From the NCBI GenBank assembly GCA_025655635.1, contig JAHXIM010000086.1, forward strand, positions 1-39,971: DNA of 39,971 bases, written 5' to 3'. Origin of the DNA: a gamma proteobacterium symbiont of Lucinoma myriamae. GTDB taxonomy: Bacteria; Pseudomonadota; Gammaproteobacteria; GRL18. A program made the translations under genes and the position numbers. Positions 24,281-36,945 of the stretch are shown piece after piece (position 1 is the stretch's first letter; each line of letters begins with the position of its first letter). The notes beneath the pieces are model-generated. The model worked only from the letters and a program-made list of their open reading frames with translations. It ran no database searches and had not been told where the DNA came from.

Positions 24281-24304
24281 CCAGCATTAATCGAGATCGA
24301 GAAA

Positions 24305-24562
24305 ATGAGCGAAGATAAAAAACAAAGAACGGTAAATGGCATAGTTCTAAGTGACAAAGTGGACAAAACCGCAACCGTAATGATTGAACGTAAAGTTAAA
24401 CATCCGCTTTATGGCAAGTACATAAAGCGTTCAACTAAACTGCATGTTCATGATGAGAACAACGAGTGCGGCGTTGGTGATACTGTCAGTATTGCTGAAT
24501 GTCGTCCAATGTCCAAGACTAAGTCATGGTCACTCGTCGAAGTTATCAATAAAGCCGGCTAA
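24305..24562 (+). CDS. rpsQ: 30S ribosomal protein S17
   Basis: [33 protein letters not shown]. Confidence 0.99.
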   Translation: MSEDKKQRTVNGIVLSDKVDKTATVMIERKVKHPLYGKYIKRSTKLHVHDENNECGVGDTVSIAECRPMSKTKSWSLVEVINKAG

Positions 24563-24651
24563 TAGTTATTGCATTAGAAATAATGCAAAAAACTTAGCAG
24601 TCCGGAAGCGCTATAAAATAAGCAACGCACAAGATTATCTGTACAAGATAA

Positions 24652-24682
24652 AAGAAGCCATGCTATAATGTTTGGCTTTCTT
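24652..24682 (+). promoter_or_regulatory. spc operon promoter (extended -10 TGcTATAAT at 24661-24669)
   Basis: TGn-TATAAT about 73 nt upstream of the rplN start. Confidence 0.75.
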
Positions 24683-24742
24683 GGCTATGCTTATACTTAT
24701 TTTTATAAGAGGCGCCGAATTAGCATTGTTTGGAGATTAACA

Positions 24743-25111
24743 ATGATTCAGATGCAAACGGTACTTGATGTTGCCGATAATAGTGGTGCGCGAAGAATCC
24801 TGTGTATTAAGGTTCTTGGTGGTTCTCACAGAAGATACGCCCGAGTGGGTGATATCATCAAATGCAGCATCAAAGAAGCTATACCTAGAGGTAAAGTGAA
24901 GAAAGGTGATGTATACAATGCGGTTGTCGTTCGTACAACTAAAGGTGTTCGTCGACCAGATGGTTCTTTGATTCGTTTTGATGGAAATGCAGCAGTTTTA
25001 CTGAATGCATCACATCAACCAATTGGTACTCGGATCTTTGGTCCTGTTACACGTGAACTACGTACTGAAAAGTTCATGAAAATTATTTCATTGGCGCCGG
25101 AAGTTCTTTAG
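24743..25111 (+). CDS. rplN: 50S ribosomal protein L14
   Basis: Start corrected to ATG 24743 (GGAG SD); [21 protein letters not shown]. Confidence 0.99.
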   Translation: MIQMQTVLDVADNSGARRILCIKVLGGSHRRYARVGDIIKCSIKEAIPRGKVKKGDVYNAVVVRTTKGVRRPDGSLIRFDGNAAVLLNASHQPIGTRIFGPVTRELRTEKFMKIISLAPEVL

Positions 25112-25248
25112 TAAATTACTAGGTTGTAGTTTACAAAAGCAAACAACAGTGCACTTTAATAGTGATATCACCTGATTAGTTTTTTTACTGTTTTAAAACA
25201 GGCTGACTCGGGAGTGATCATTGTTAAAAAGACGTAAGAGAGAAAGTG

Positions 25249-25563
25249 ATGCGTAAGTTAAGAACAGGTGATGAGATTATTGTTATCGCCGGAAAAGATA
25301 AAGGTAAGCGCGGTCAAATTGACACGTTTGTTGGTGAAACCAAGGTAGTAATACCTAATGTTAATGTCGCCAAAAAGCATGTTAAGGCAAACCCAAATGC
25401 CGGAGAAACTGGAGGAATTGTTGATAAAGCAATGCCTTTAGAAATTTCTAATGTAGCGATTTTTAATGCTGCAACTGGTAAAGCTGACCGAGTTGGTTTT
25501 AAGTTTCTGGAAGACGGAAAAAAAGTCCGTTTTTACAAGTCAAATAGTGAAGTTATTGCATAA
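25249..25563 (+). CDS. rplX: 50S ribosomal protein L24
   Basis: KOW motif [23 protein letters not shown]; ATG 25249 (GTG 25246 alternative). Confidence 0.98.
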   Translation: MRKLRTGDEIIVIAGKDKGKRGQIDTFVGETKVVIPNVNVAKKHVKANPNAGETGGIVDKAMPLEISNVAIFNAATGKADRVGFKFLEDGKKVRFYKSNSEVIA

Positions 25564-25655
25564 GTTTTTTTATAAAATGCATGGCAAACTATTAACTCAC
25601 AACAGAACCTTAAAAAGATAACACTTGCTGATAAAAGAAGTAGGAAAAGTTCAAA

Positions 25656-26207
25656 ATGGCAACTTTACAAACGTTATATAAAGATACAATTGTAGCTCAG
25701 CTGCAAAAGGAATTTAATTACAATAGTGTAATGGAAGTTCCTAAAATCACCAAAATCACCCTGAATATGGGTCTTGGTGAAGCAATAGGTGACAAGAAAA
25801 TTATCGAACATGCTGTCGGTGATATGACTAAAATCTCTGGCCAAAAGCCAGTAGTCACTAAAGCTAGAAAATCAATCGCGGCCTTTAAAATTCGTGATGA
25901 TTATCCAATTGGCTGTAAAGTCACTCTACGTAGAGAAAAAATGTATGAGTTTCTTGAGCGATTGATCAGTATTTCAATTCCTCGTATTCGTGATTTTCGT
26001 GGTTTAAACCCAAAATCATTCGATGGTCGTGGTAATTATAGTATGGGAATAAAAGAACAAATCATATTCCCGGAAATTGATTATGACAAGATCGACAAAT
26101 TACGCGGTATGGATATTACTATTACCACAACTGCAAAAACCAATGACGAAGCTAAAGCTTTATTAAAAGCCTTCAGCTTTCCATTGAAATCAGAGGAAAA
26201 GGGATAG
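25656..26207 (+). CDS. rplE: 50S ribosomal protein L5
   Basis: [22 protein letters not shown]. Confidence 0.99.
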   Translation: MATLQTLYKDTIVAQLQKEFNYNSVMEVPKITKITLNMGLGEAIGDKKIIEHAVGDMTKISGQKPVVTKARKSIAAFKIRDDYPIGCKVTLRREKMYEFLERLISISIPRIRDFRGLNPKSFDGRGNYSMGIKEQIIFPEIDYDKIDKLRGMDITITTTAKTNDEAKALLKAFSFPLKSEEKG

Positions 26208-26211
26208 TCAA

Positions 26212-26517
26212 ATGGCAAAACAATCAATGATTCAACGCGAACTAAAACGCGAAAAAATGGTTGCTAAATATGCTGCTAAACGAGCTGCATTAAAAGCTGC
26301 TATGACGGATCCAAAGGCATCTTATGAAGAGCAAATGGAAGCGCGTGAAAAATTCAACGCTCTGCCAAGAAATGCTTCTCCTGTGCGTCTGCGTAACCGC
26401 TGTCGTATTACTGGTCGCCCACATGGTTATTTCCGTAAGTTTGGTATGTCAAGAAACAAACTACGTGAACATACAATGAATGGTGACGTACCTGGACTGC
26501 GTAAAGGCAGTTGGTAA
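26212..26517 (+). CDS. rpsN: 30S ribosomal protein S14 (long, zinc-independent form)
   Basis: 101 aa; [12 protein letters not shown] with a single Cys. Confidence 0.98.
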   Translation: MAKQSMIQRELKREKMVAKYAAKRAALKAAMTDPKASYEEQMEAREKFNALPRNASPVRLRNRCRITGRPHGYFRKFGMSRNKLREHTMNGDVPGLRKGSW

Positions 26518-26540
26518 TCAGAAAGAATTAGGAGAAAGTT

Positions 26541-26933
26541 ATGAGCATGAGTGATCCAATTGCAGATATGCTAACTCGTATCAGAAACGCATTAGCTGCA
26601 AACAAAGTAAACGTATCTATGCCTTCATCAAAAGTGAAGGTTGCTATCGCTAAAGTATTACAGGATGAAGGTTATCTTCTTTCTCATACCGTCAGTGAAG
26701 GCACCAAGCCAGTTCTAACAATTGACCTGAAATATTTTCAAGGTAAACCTGTTATTGAATTGATTAAAAGAGCCAGCAGACCAGGTCTTAGACAATATAA
26801 GTCAGCTAATGATATGCCAACAGTTTGGGATGGATTAGGTGTTTCTATTGTATCTACTTCAAAAGGTATTATGACTAATACTGCAGCTGAAAATATTGGA
26901 CAGGGTGGCGAAGTATTGTGTTATGTAGCGTAG
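26541..26933 (+). CDS. rpsH: 30S ribosomal protein S8
   Basis: [26 protein letters not shown]. Confidence 0.99.
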   Translation: MSMSDPIADMLTRIRNALAANKVNVSMPSSKVKVAIAKVLQDEGYLLSHTVSEGTKPVLTIDLKYFQGKPVIELIKRASRPGLRQYKSANDMPTVWDGLGVSIVSTSKGIMTNTAAENIGQGGEVLCYVA

Positions 26934-27068
26934 TGGCTCTTTATTTATTATAGAAGCTACGTTTGAAGAAACTGGAACTTAGTTTAATTCGAATATGACA
27001 TTAAACAGAAAAGTTTTAAGTCTTCTTAATATCCTAACCAAGAATTATGACACTATTAAGGTGAATGT

Positions 27069-27602
27069 ATGTCTAGAGTAACAAAACCGGTGGCTATTCC
27101 TTCCGGTGTAGAAGTTTCCCTTAACGGACAAGAAATTTCCGTTAAGGGCAGTAAGGGTCAACTGCAAATGAATATTAATTCTTCAGTAGCAATGACTGTA
27201 GAAGATGGTAATGTGAGTTTCGCATCAGTAAATGCCAGTGATAAAAAAGGCGATGCAATTATTGGAACCATGAAATCACTAGTCAACAATATGATGACTG
27301 GTGTTTCCAATGGTTTTGAAAAGAAATTAACATTAATTGGTGTTGGTTATAGAGCAAAGGCGCAGGGTAACAAAGTTGATTTGAGCCTGGGTTTTTCACA
27401 TCCTGTTGAGCATGAACTGCCAGAAGGTATTACAGCTGAGACACCAAGTCAGACAGAAATTATAATCAGAGGAATTGACAAACAAAAAGTTGGTCAGGTT
27501 GCTGCTGATATTCGTTCTTATCGTCCACCAGAGCCTTATAAAGGTAAGGGTGTTCGTTATACTGATGAGCATGTTGTTCGTAAAGAAGCTAAGAAGAAGT
27601 AA
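27069..27602 (+). CDS. rplF: 50S ribosomal protein L6
   Basis: [26 protein letters not shown]. Confidence 0.99.
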   Translation: MSRVTKPVAIPSGVEVSLNGQEISVKGSKGQLQMNINSSVAMTVEDGNVSFASVNASDKKGDAIIGTMKSLVNNMMTGVSNGFEKKLTLIGVGYRAKAQGNKVDLSLGFSHPVEHELPEGITAETPSQTEIIIRGIDKQKVGQVAADIRSYRPPEPYKGKGVRYTDEHVVRKEAKKK

Positions 27603-27620
27603 TACATAGAGGCTGATGTA

Positions 27621-27974
27621 ATGGATAAGAAACAAAAACGTTTACGTCGCTCTCGTAGAGCACGTGCAAAGATAAAAGAGTTAGCGGTTAACCGTCTGAC
27701 TATTCATAAAACACCAAAACATATATACGCTCAAGTAATTGCGCCTAATGGTTCTGATGTTATAGCCGCTGTTAATACAGCACAAAGCGCTATAAAGTCT
27801 GACATTAAATATACAGGCAATTGTGACGCAGCTAAGGCAGTCGGTAAAGCCATTGCTGAAAAAGCAAAAGAAGCTGGTGTAACAAAAGTCGCATTCGACA
27901 GAAGTGGTTTCAAATACCATGGACGTGTCAAGTCACTGGCTGATGCAGCTCGTGAAAATGGTCTGGAATTTTAA
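27621..27974 (+). CDS. rplR: 50S ribosomal protein L18
   Basis: [19 protein letters not shown]. Confidence 0.99.
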   Translation: MDKKQKRLRRSRRARAKIKELAVNRLTIHKTPKHIYAQVIAPNGSDVIAAVNTAQSAIKSDIKYTGNCDAAKAVGKAIAEKAKEAGVTKVAFDRSGFKYHGRVKSLADAARENGLEF

Positions 27975-27984
27975 GGGTAATATC

Positions 27985-28497
27985 ATGGCTGGAAAGAACC
28001 AAGCAAAAGAAAAAGCACAAGACGATTTAATTGAAAAGTTAATCAATGTCAATCGTGTTGCTAAAGTTGTTAAAGGTGGTCGTGTATTCGGTTTCGCAGC
28101 GTTAACTGTTGTTGGAGACGGAAATGGCCGAGTCGGTTTTGGACGTGGTAAGGCAAAAGAAGTGCCTGCAGCGATTCAAAAAGCGATGGAAAATGCTCGT
28201 CGTAACATCGTTAAAGTACCTGTTAAAGATGGCACATTACAATACGGTTTATACGGTGTTGAAGGTGCAGCAAGAGTTTATATGAAGCCTGCATCAGAAG
28301 GTACCGGCATTATTGCTGGTGGCGCTATGCGTGCAGTATTTGAAGCTGTAGGTATCCGCAACGTACTGGCTAAATGTATTGGTACTCAAAACCCGATTAA
28401 TGTTGTTCGCGCAACCATTAAGGGATTGAAAGAAATGCGTTCACCAGAGTTTATTGCTGCTAAACGTGGCAAAACGGTTGAAGAGATCAACGGCTAA
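27985..28497 (+). CDS. rpsE: 30S ribosomal protein S5
   Basis: Start corrected to ATG 27985; [19 protein letters not shown]. Confidence 0.98.
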   Translation: MAGKNQAKEKAQDDLIEKLINVNRVAKVVKGGRVFGFAALTVVGDGNGRVGFGRGKAKEVPAAIQKAMENARRNIVKVPVKDGTLQYGLYGVEGAARVYMKPASEGTGIIAGGAMRAVFEAVGIRNVLAKCIGTQNPINVVRATIKGLKEMRSPEFIAAKRGKTVEEING

Positions 28498-28524
28498 TCC
28501 TTTTTGTTACAATAGGTAGTTAAT

Positions 28525-28704
28525 ATGTCAAAGACAATTAAAATCACTCAAGTTAAGAGTATTAATGGTCGACTGAAAGCACATAAAGCCTGTGTTGCCG
28601 GTCTTGGCCTAAGAAGAATAAACCATTCTGTTGAAGTTATCGATACCCCTGAAAATCGTGGTATGATCAACAGGGTTTCATATTTATTAAGAGTTGAGGA
28701 ATAA
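28525..28704 (+). CDS. rpmD: 50S ribosomal protein L30 (59 aa, absent from ORF track)
   Basis: Manual translation [59 protein letters not shown]; lies between rpsE and rplO. Confidence 0.97.
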   Translation: MSKTIKITQVKSINGRLKAHKACVAGLGLRRINHSVEVIDTPENRGMINRVSYLLRVEE

Positions 28705-28708
28705 GATC

Positions 28709-29140
28709 ATGCGTCTTAATTCGCTAAAACCCGCAGAAGGGTCGAACAAAACTGGAAAACGTGTTGGCCGTGGTATTGGTTCCGGTACAGGTAAAACCTG
28801 TGGTCGTGGACACAAAGGTCAAAAATCTCGTACCGGCGGAACTGTAATGGTCGGTTTTGAAGGTGGTCAAATGCCACTGCAAAAACGTTTACCTAAAGTT
28901 GGTTTTTCATCAAGAGTTAGCATAGTAACTGATGAAATCCGTCTACACGAACTTAATCGTTTTGATGATGTTGTTGATATTGATGCGCTGAAAAAAGCAA
29001 ATCTTGTTACCAAAAATATCAAGCGTGTAAAAGTTTTCGTATCAGGTGAGATCACTAAGGCTGTTACTCTGAAAGGAATATCAGTGACTAAAGGTGCTCG
29101 TGCAGCGATTGAAGCTGCCGGTGGCAAAATAGAAGAATAA
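28709..29140 (+). CDS. rplO: 50S ribosomal protein L15
   Basis: Start corrected to ATG 28709; [16 protein letters not shown]. Confidence 0.99.
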   Translation: MRLNSLKPAEGSNKTGKRVGRGIGSGTGKTCGRGHKGQKSRTGGTVMVGFEGGQMPLQKRLPKVGFSSRVSIVTDEIRLHELNRFDDVVDIDALKKANLVTKNIKRVKVFVSGEITKAVTLKGISVTKGARAAIEAAGGKIEE

Positions 29141-29149
29141 GGACGATTC

Positions 29150-30487
29150 GTGGCAGCATCAGCAGCTCAATTGGCCAGTTCATTAGGAGGCGGTAAACTC
29201 TCTGAGTTAAAAAGCCGCCTTCTTTTTGTTCTAGGTGCATTATTAGTTTTTCGTATTGGAACCTATATACCGGTTCCAGGTATTAATCCTGACGCACTGG
29301 CTGCTCTATTTGATCAGCAGCGTGATTCCATCTTAGGCATGTTCAACATGTTCTCTGGTGGTGCTTTAGAAAGACTCTCTGTCTTTGCTTTAGGGATTAT
29401 GCCGTATATTTCAGCGTCTATTATTATTCAATTGATGACCAAGGTGATCCCTACCCTGGAACAATTAAGTAAAGAAGGACAGGCTGGAAAAAGAAAGATT
29501 ACTCAATATACGCGCATGGGTACTGTTGCACTTGCGACATTCCAGGCTTTAGGTGTAGCGATTACACTTGAGAGTCAGACCGCTGGTGCAACTAATGTTG
29601 TTGTTGACCCCGGCTTAATTTTTCGAATCTCAACAGTGGCGACATTAGTAACAGGAACAATGTTTCTTATGTGGTTAGGTGAGCAGATCACTGAACGTGG
29701 TATTGGTAATGGTATCTCACTGATTATCTTTGCAGGTATTGTTGCAGGTTTACCAAGCGCCTTAGGTGGAACATTTACATTACAGGATGAAGGTACTATC
29801 TCATCAGGTGTTTTACTGCTGTTAATTATGATTATTATCGCTGTTACAGCGTTTGTTGTTTTCGTTGAACGAGCACAAAGACGCATAACCGTTAATTATG
29901 CTAAACGTCAGCAAGGTAAAAAAATGTATGCTGCACAGTCATCACATTTACCTTTAAAAGTGAATATGGCAGGAGTTATTCCTCCTATCTTCGCTTCAAG
30001 TATTATTCTGTTTCCTGCAACTATTGGTAAATTGTTTTCTAATTCAGAAGGTATGGGCTGGATGCAGTCAATGGCTGATGCTATTTCGCCAGGTCAACCA
30101 CTCTATGTATTGTTTTATGCACTGGGAATTTTCTTCTTCTGCTTTTTCTACACAGCGATTATGTTTAATCCAAGAGAAACTGCCGATAATTTGAAAAAGT
30201 CTGGTGCATTTATTCCAGGAATCAGACCCGGAGAAAACACATCACGTTTTATTGATGCGATCATGAGTCGTTTAACACTCATTGGTGCTGTATATATCAC
30301 TGGTGTTTGTCTGCTGCCGGAATTTCTTATTTTAAACTGGAATGTGCCATTTTACTTTGGTGGAACATCCCTGTTGATTATTGTTGTTGTTACCATGGAC
30401 TTTATGGCACAAATTCAAACCTATATCATGTCACATCAATATGAAGGTTTAATGAAAAAAGCTAATTTGAAAAGTTCTAAAAAGTAA
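29150..30487 (+). CDS. secY: Preprotein translocase subunit SecY
   Basis: GTG start; [37 protein letters not shown]. Confidence 0.99.
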   Translation: MAASAAQLASSLGGGKLSELKSRLLFVLGALLVFRIGTYIPVPGINPDALAALFDQQRDSILGMFNMFSGGALERLSVFALGIMPYISASIIIQLMTKVIPTLEQLSKEGQAGKRKITQYTRMGTVALATFQALGVAITLESQTAGATNVVVDPGLIFRISTVATLVTGTMFLMWLGEQITERGIGNGISLIIFAGIVAGLPSALGGTFTLQDEGTISSGVLLLLIMIIIAVTAFVVFVERAQRRITVNYAKRQQGKKMYAAQSSHLPLKVNMAGVIPPIFASSIILFPATIGKLFSNSEGMGWMQSMADAISPGQPLYVLFYALGIFFFCFFYTAIMFNPRETADNLKKSGAFIPGIRPGENTSRFIDAIMSRLTLIGAVYITGVCLLPEFLILNWNVPFYFGGTSLLIIVVVTMDFMAQIQTYIMSHQYEGLMKKANLKSSKK

Positions 30488-30532
30488 CAATTACTATAAT
30501 AGATATTACGATTTTATTTTTAGAGGTGTAAC

Positions 30533-30646
30533 ATGAAAGTACGTGCTTCAGTAAAAAAGATTTGCAGAAACTGCAAAATTATTAAGCGTAAAGGTGTTGT
30601 CCGTGTCATCTGTTCAGATGGCCGTCATAAGCAGCGTCAGGGTTAA
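30533..30646 (+). CDS. rpmJ: 50S ribosomal protein L36 (zinc-ribbon form, absent from ORF track)
   Basis: Manual translation [37 protein letters not shown]; GAGGTG SD. Confidence 0.98.
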   Translation: MKVRASVKKICRNCKIIKRKGVVRVICSDGRHKQRQG

Positions 30647-30707
30647 AAGCCACGTTTATAGCGAATTGATTTAGCGATCAATTCACCAAAAAATACTGTT
30701 AATAATA

Positions 30708-30736
30708 TTGACAGAATAAATGAGAGCGCGTATAAT
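30708..30736 (+). promoter_or_regulatory. Alpha operon promoter
   Basis: Perfect consensus TTGACA (30708-30713)-17 nt-TATAAT (30731-30736), GC-rich discriminator. Confidence 0.9.
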
Positions 30737-30779
30737 TACGCGCTCTTTGTATTACTATTAGATTGATGGGAGAGCCTTT

Positions 30780-31136
30780 ATGGCCCGTATTGCTGGTGTT
30801 AATGTTCCAGATAGAAAACATGCAGTTATTGCACTAACATCGATTTATGGAATTGGAAAAACCCGTTCTGCTCAAATTTTAGAAAAAGCCGGCATTGCTG
30901 CTGATACTAAAATCGAAGCATTATCAGAAGGGCAGCTTGATACTGTTCGTAACCTGATAGGTGAATTTACTACTGAAGGTGATTTGAGACGTGAAACGTC
31001 AATGAATATCAAACGCCTGATGGATATGGGTTGTTACCGCGGTATCAGACATCGTAGAAGTTTACCTCTACGCGGTCAACGTACTAAAACTAATGCAAGA
31101 ACACGTAAGGGCCCTAGAAAGCCAATTCGTAAGTAG
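30780..31136 (+). CDS. rpsM: 30S ribosomal protein S13
   Basis: [21 protein letters not shown]. Confidence 0.99.
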   Translation: MARIAGVNVPDRKHAVIALTSIYGIGKTRSAQILEKAGIAADTKIEALSEGQLDTVRNLIGEFTTEGDLRRETSMNIKRLMDMGCYRGIRHRRSLPLRGQRTKTNARTRKGPRKPIRK

Positions 31137-31313
31137 CATTGAACCAATCTGTAAATCAGTTAACAAACAAATTATTATCAATAAATTGTTTGTCAATAAA
31201 TTGCGAAAAAAAACGAACTGTTTGTTATTAGAGCTGCCACATAAATTAGCTTAAGTTAGTTATGTTCAGATGCTTTAATAAGATTCAATTTAGAAATTAA
31301 ATGTAGGTATACT

Positions 31314-31700
31314 ATGGCACAACCAAGTCGTTCACGTAAGAAAGTAAAACGTACGGTTGTTGATGGAATCGCGCATATACACGCTTCTTTCAATAATACA
31401 ATTATCACAATCACAGATCGTCAGGGCAATGCTCTGTCCTGGGCCACTGCGGGTGGATCAGGTTTCCGTGGTTCAAGAAAAAGTACACCTTTCGCTGCAC
31501 AGGTTGCTGCTGAAAGAGCGGGTAAAATTACCCTTGAAATGGGTATGAGAAATCTTGACGTGAATGTAAAAGGTCCTGGTCCTGGTCGTGAATCTGCAGT
31601 TCGTGCCTTCAACGCTCTAGGTTATAAAATTAACAGCATCACTGATGTCACACCCATTCCACATAATGGTTGTCGTCCATCTAAGAAGCGTCGTGTTTAA
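31314..31700 (+). CDS. rpsK: 30S ribosomal protein S11
   Basis: [28 protein letters not shown]. Confidence 0.99.
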   Translation: MAQPSRSRKKVKRTVVDGIAHIHASFNNTIITITDRQGNALSWATAGGSGFRGSRKSTPFAAQVAAERAGKITLEMGMRNLDVNVKGPGPGRESAVRAFNALGYKINSITDVTPIPHNGCRPSKKRRV

Positions 31701-31765
31701 AGTTAAATCTATAGCATTTTGTTAATTACAAAAGTCTAAGAGCAAGAGTAGGAAGGAAATAAATA

Positions 31766-32386
31766 ATGGCTAGATATATTGGACCAACGTGTAAATTAGC
31801 ACGTCGTGAAAAAACAGATTTGGGCCTCAAAAGTGGTCTAAGAGCACTTGATACTAAATGTAACATGGAACAACCACCAGGTGTTCATGGTGCGGGGCGT
31901 GGTCGTCTTAGTGATTTTGGTTTACAGTTGCGTGAAAAACAAAAAGTCAAAAGGATCTATGGCGTTTTGGAAAAGCAATTCAGAAACTACTATAAAAAAG
32001 CATCAGGCCAAAAGGGTGCTACCGGCGAAAATCTTCTACAATTATTAGAACAACGCCTGGATAATGTTGTCTATCGTATGGGCTTTGGTTCTACCAGAGC
32101 AGAAGCAAGACAACTTGTTGGACATAAAGCGATTATGGTTAATGGGCAAACAGTGAATGTTGCTTCTTTTACCTGTAATGCTGGCGATGTTGTTTCAATT
32201 CGTGAAAAAGCAAAGAAACAGCAACGTGTGAAAGATGCTTTAGAATTAGGTAAGCAGCGTGAGCCAAGTGAGTGGATTTCTGTTGATGAAAAAGCAATGG
32301 AAGGTACATTTAAATCTGTACCAGAGCGTAGTGATCTACCTACTGAAATTCAAGAAAACTTAATTGTGGAATTATACTCTAAGTAA
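31766..32386 (+). CDS. rpsD: 30S ribosomal protein S4
   Basis: [26 protein letters not shown]. Confidence 0.99.
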   Translation: MARYIGPTCKLARREKTDLGLKSGLRALDTKCNMEQPPGVHGAGRGRLSDFGLQLREKQKVKRIYGVLEKQFRNYYKKASGQKGATGENLLQLLEQRLDNVVYRMGFGSTRAEARQLVGHKAIMVNGQTVNVASFTCNAGDVVSIREKAKKQQRVKDALELGKQREPSEWISVDEKAMEGTFKSVPERSDLPTEIQENLIVELYSK

Positions 32387-32493
32387 TTTCACCTTTTGTG
32401 AAAAGCATTTATCTCTTATCACCATTATTTATGAATGGTGAGTTATAAATGCTTTTGACGTTATAACAAACAAATATGCTATGAGGACACTTC

Positions 32494-33489
32494 ATGCAGG
32501 ACTCTGTATCTCAGTTTCTTAGACCTAAACTGGTTGATGTACAACAATATTCAGAAAATCATGCTAAAGTTGTTTTAGAACCTCTGGAAAGAGGCTTTGG
32601 ACATACTCTAGGTAACTCATTGCGTCGCATTTTGCTTTCTTCTATGACGGGTGCCTGCATCTATGAAGTAGAAATAGATGGTGTCCTGCATGAGTATTCA
32701 AGCATTGAAGGCGTTCAGGAAGATGTTATTGAAATCCTGCTTAACCTCAAAGGTGTTTCAATTATCCTGAACAATCGTGATGAGGTTGAACTTTCTTTAA
32801 CTAAGAAAGGCCCTGGCATTGTTACTGCAGGTGACATTGCTCTGGATCATGATGTTGAAATTGTTAACCCTGATCATGTTATTTGTAATCTTTCTGGTGA
32901 TGCTGAAATCTCTATGAAATTACTCATTAACAAAGGCATTGGTTATCAACCTTCAAATACGCGCAATACTTCTGATGAGTCGGATACCGTTATCGGTCGT
33001 TTGCAGTTAGATGCCAGTTATAGCCCGGTTATTAAAGTGTCTTACGCTGTTGAGAATGCGCGCGTTGAGCAACGTACTAATCTTGATAAACTTATTATTG
33101 ATTTAGAAACCAATGGAACAATTGATCCTGAAGAAGCCATTAAACATGCGGCAACTATTCTTTCTGATCAGTTATCATCATTTGTTAACCTCAATGTTCG
33201 TGAAGCTGAAGCACCAGAAGAGAAAGAACCAGAAATCGATCCAATTCTGCTTCGTCCAATTGACGATCTGGAACTTACGGTACGTTCAGCAAACTGTCTG
33301 AAAGCCGAACAAATTTATTTTATTGGTGATTTGATTCAACGTACTGAAGTTGAATTACTCAAGACACCTAACCTTGGTAAGAAATCTTTGACTGAAATTA
33401 AAGATGTTCTCGCTTCTAAAGGTTTAAGTCTTGGTATCAAGCTTGAGAACTGGCCGCCAGCGATCTTGAAAGATAGTACTAAGCTTTAA
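32494..33489 (+). CDS. rpoA: DNA-directed RNA polymerase subunit alpha
   Basis: [37 protein letters not shown]. Confidence 0.99.
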   Translation: MQDSVSQFLRPKLVDVQQYSENHAKVVLEPLERGFGHTLGNSLRRILLSSMTGACIYEVEIDGVLHEYSSIEGVQEDVIEILLNLKGVSIILNNRDEVELSLTKKGPGIVTAGDIALDHDVEIVNPDHVICNLSGDAEISMKLLINKGIGYQPSNTRNTSDESDTVIGRLQLDASYSPVIKVSYAVENARVEQRTNLDKLIIDLETNGTIDPEEAIKHAATILSDQLSSFVNLNVREAEAPEEKEPEIDPILLRPIDDLELTVRSANCLKAEQIYFIGDLIQRTEVELLKTPNLGKKSLTEIKDVLASKGLSLGIKLENWPPAILKDSTKL

Positions 33490-33610
33490 GTTTAAACTTT
33501 CAGTTTTTAGCATTAGAAAATTTAAATCTACATTAGTAGTATTTACAGTAACTTTTATTCAGTAACATTGTTTGTTACTGGGTGCTGTAAATTATATAAG
33601 GTGTATAAAC

Positions 33611-34015
33611 ATGCGTCATCGTCATAGTGGACGTCAACTTGGTCGAAATAGCTCTCATCGTAAAGCGATGTTTAAAAATATGGCTGTTTCTCTGTTGCGT
33701 CATGAAATTATCAGAACAACTTTACCAAAGGCAAAAGAACTGCGTCGTGTCGTTGAGCCTTTGATTACTCGTGGTAAGCAAGATTCAGTTGCTAACCGTC
33801 GTATTATCTTTGCTCGTACTCGTGATAGCGAAATTACCGCAAAGTTATTTACTGAGATTGGTCCAAGATATCAGGATCGTCCAGGTGGTTATATTCGTAT
33901 TCTTAAGTGTGGTTTCCGTAAGGGTGACCGTGCGCCAATGGCTTATGTCGAATTGGTTGATCGTCCTATCATCGAAGATGAAGATGAGGATGGTATTGAG
34001 GAACTGGATGATTAG
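33611..34015 (+). CDS. rplQ: 50S ribosomal protein L17
   Basis: Start corrected to ATG 33611 (AAGGTG SD); [19 protein letters not shown]. Confidence 0.99.
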   Translation: MRHRHSGRQLGRNSSHRKAMFKNMAVSLLRHEIIRTTLPKAKELRRVVEPLITRGKQDSVANRRIIFARTRDSEITAKLFTEIGPRYQDRPGGYIRILKCGFRKGDRAPMAYVELVDRPIIEDEDEDGIEELDD

Positions 34016-34060
34016 ATTTTAATGGTTAGTTTTCACTGACTTAATATAATCATTGTCTAA

Positions 34061-34090
34061 TAAAAAAACCGGTTTATACCGGTTTTTTTA
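34061..34090. terminator. Bidirectional intrinsic terminator between rplQ and uvrA
   Basis: TAAAAAAACCGGT-TTAT-ACCGGTTTTTTTA between convergent genes. Confidence 0.9.
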
Positions 34091-34116
34091 TGTCTGGTGT
34101 TTATTGCAGCAAGAGC

Positions 34117-36945
34117 TTATTTAGGTTTAAGATAGGCTTTAAGATATTCACCAGTATATGACTTCTTATTTTTAACCAGTTGCTCTGGTGTCGCACAATC
34201 TATTATTGTACCGCCCTTATTACCTCCTTCAGGACCCATATCAATTAACCAGTCTGCAGTTTTTATCACATCAAGGTTATGTTCTATGATAACGACAGTA
34301 TTACCATGATCTCTTAACCTGAAGAGTACTTGTAATAATTGCTTAATATCGAAAAAATGCAGACCAGTAGTGGGTTCATCAAGAATATACAGGGTTTTGC
34401 CGGTATCACGCTTAGAGAGCTCTTTTGATAGTTTTACTCGCTGTGCTTCACCACCGGAAAGCGTTGTGGCACTTTGTCCTAATTTAATATAGGACAAACC
34501 GACATCTAATAAGGTTTGTAATTTTCTTTTTAGCGCAGGAATGGCACTAAAGAACTTATGTGCTTCTTCAATAGTCATATCCAGGATCTGATAGATATTT
34601 TTGCCCTTATATTTAATCTCCAGAGTTTCACGATTATAGCGTTTTCCATGACACACATCACAGGGTACATAAATATCCGGCAAGAAATGCATCTCTACTT
34701 TAATAACGCCGTCTCCCTGACAGGCCTCACAGCGGCCGCCTTTGACATTAAAGCTGAAGCGACCGGGTGTATAGCCCCGTGAACGAGCTTCATTGGTAGC
34801 GGTAAACAAATCCCGAATGGATGTAAATAAACCGGTGTAGGTGGCTGGATTAGAACGTGGTGTGCGTCCAATAGGACTCTGGTCTATGTCTATGACCTTA
34901 TCAAAATGATCAATGCCTTCTATTGTTTTAAATGGAGCGGGTGAAGTATTGGCTCTATTCAACTCACGAGCGGAAAATTTATACAGTGTGTCATTGATTA
35001 AAGTGGATTTACCGGAGCCGGAAACTCCGGTGACAACCGTAAGTAAACCAACGGGAATAATAACATTAACTTTTTTCAAATTGTTACCTGAAGCGCCTTT
35101 AATTTCCAGCAGACGCTTGGGATCAACAGGAGTTCGCTCTTTTGGCACAGCAATCCCGTCAGTACCATTTAAAAATTGTGCTGTGATGGACTGCTTATTA
35201 TTGATGATATCTTTTAGTTGTCCCTGAGCAACAATTTGACCTCCATGCACTCCAGCGCCTGGACCAATATCAACGATATAGTCTGCAGCACGTATGGCAT
35301 CTTCATCATGTTCAACAACAATCACGGTATTGCCCAGATCTCGTAAATAGGTGAGGGTATTTAATAATCTTTGATTATCTCTTTGATGCAGTCCGATAGA
35401 TGGTTCATCAAGAATATACATGACACCCACGAGACCTGCACCGATCTGACTGGCCAGCCGGATGCGCTGTGCTTCACCGCCGGATAATGTTTCAGCACTG
35501 CGATCCAGTGTCAGGTATTTAAGTCCGACATTCATGAGGAAATCGAGTCTCTGAGAAATTTCAATAACGATTTTTTTGGCTATTTCACCACGCTTACCGG
35601 TTAATTTAAGCTGCTTAAAAAAGAGCTGTGTTTCACCAATTGATAATGCAGTGATTTCGGATAAGGTTTTATTATCAATAAAGACATTACGGGCTGAAAG
35701 ATTCAGGCGACTGCCGTGACATTCAGGACATGAATGAATGGTCTGGTATTTACTCAATTCCTCGCGCACGACATTAGAATCTGTTTCATGATAACGTCGC
35801 TGCATATTATGTATAACACCTTCAAAGGGTGCATTTCTGGTGGTTTTACGGCCCTTATCATTCACATAAACAAAATTGATGGTTTCACCATTATTACCAT
35901 ACAAAATTATTTCTTGTATTTTTTTTGGCAAATCTTTATAGGGTGTATCAATATCAAAATCATAATGTCTGGCCAGAGAGGTGAGCATTTGAAAATAATA
36001 AGCATTACGACGATCCCAACCCCGAATTGCCCCTGATGTCAGAGACTGGTCAGCATGATGTACTACTTTGTCAGGATCAAAAAATTGTTTCACTCCTAAG
36101 CCGTCACAGCTGGGGCAGGCACCGGCGGGATTATTAAAAGAAAATAAGCGCGGCTCTAATTCTGTGAGACTATAACCACATTCCGGACAGGAAAATTTGG
36201 CAGAAAAAGTCACATCTTCATGCTGGGTATCATCCATATAAGCAATACGGGCAATACCATTAGACAGCTCCAGTGTTGTTTCAAATGAATCAGCAAGACG
36301 TTGCTTCAGGTCTGGTCGTACTTTAAAACGGTCAATAACCACTTCAATGGTATGCTTTTTATGCAGCTCCAGTGCCGGAGGCTGATCCAACTCATAGAGT
36401 TCACCATCAATGCGTGCCCGAATATAGCCCTGTGCTCTGAGTTCATCAAAAAGAATATGATGTTCACCCTTTCTTGCTTGAATGACCGGTGCAAGTAACA
36501 TTAATTTACTGCCTTCAGGCAGTGCCAGAGTTCTATCAACCATTTGACTGACTGTTTGAGCATCGAGCGTAGTATGGTGTTCAGGACAGCGAGGGATCCC
36601 GACCCGGGCATACAATAAGCGCAAATAATCATAAATTTCAGTGACAGTACCTACGGTAGAACGAGGATTGTGTGAAGTTGATTTTTGTTCAATGGAAATT
36701 GCCGGAGACAGACCTTCAATGTGATCAATATCCGGTTTTTCCATCATAGAAAGAAATTGTCGGGCATAACTTGATAAAGATTCAACGTAACGTCGCTGGC
36801 CCTCGGCATAAATAGTATCAAACGCAAGTGATGATTTACCCGATCCGGAGAGCCCGGTGATGACAATAAGTTTGTCTCTGGGTAATTCAATATCAATATT
36901 TTTTAAATTATGGGTACGTGCACCCTGAATTTTGATTGTGTCCAT
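34117..36945 (-). CDS. uvrA: Excinuclease ABC subunit A
   Basis: Start corrected to ATG 36945 ([16 protein letters not shown]); two Walker A motifs ([16 protein letters not shown]), two LSGGEAQR signatures, CxxC zinc fingers. Confidence 0.98.
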   Translation of the reverse strand: MDTIKIQGARTHNLKNIDIELPRDKLIVITGLSGSGKSSLAFDTIYAEGQRRYVESLSSYARQFLSMMEKPDIDHIEGLSPAISIEQKSTSHNPRSTVGTVTEIYDYLRLLYARVGIPRCPEHHTTLDAQTVSQMVDRTLALPEGSKLMLLAPVIQARKGEHHILFDELRAQGYIRARIDGELYELDQPPALELHKKHTIEVVIDRFKVRPDLKQRLADSFETTLELSNGIARIAYMDDTQHEDVTFSAKFSCPECGYSLTELEPRLFSFNNPAGACPSCDGLGVKQFFDPDKVVHHADQSLTSGAIRGWDRRNAYYFQMLTSLARHYDFDIDTPYKDLPKKIQEIILYGNNGETINFVYVNDKGRKTTRNAPFEGVIHNMQRRYHETDSNVVREELSKYQTIHSCPECHGSRLNLSARNVFIDNKTLSEITALSIGETQLFFKQLKLTGKRGEIAKKIVIEISQRLDFLMNVGLKYLTLDRSAETLSGGEAQRIRLASQIGAGLVGVMYILDEPSIGLHQRDNQRLLNTLTYLRDLGNTVIVVEHDEDAIRAADYIVDIGPGAGVHGGQIVAQGQLKDIINNKQSITAQFLNGTDGIAVPKERTPVDPKRLLEIKGASGNNLKKVNVIIPVGLLTVVTGVSGSGKSTLINDTLYKFSARELNRANTSPAPFKTIEGIDHFDKVIDIDQSPIGRTPRSNPATYTGLFTSIRDLFTATNEARSRGYTPGRFSFNVKGGRCEACQGDGVIKVEMHFLPDIYVPCDVCHGKRYNRETLEIKYKGKNIYQILDMTIEEAHKFFSAIPALKRKLQTLLDVGLSYIKLGQSATTLSGGEAQRVKLSKELSKRDTGKTLYILDEPTTGLHFFDIKQLLQVLFRLRDHGNTVVIIEHNLDVIKTADWLIDMGPEGGNKGGTIIDCATPEQLVKNKKSYTGEYLKAYLKPK

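Noticed and set aside
30488-30532. No infA/map/adk between secY and rpmJ
   Set aside because: This is the normal gammaproteobacterial arrangement
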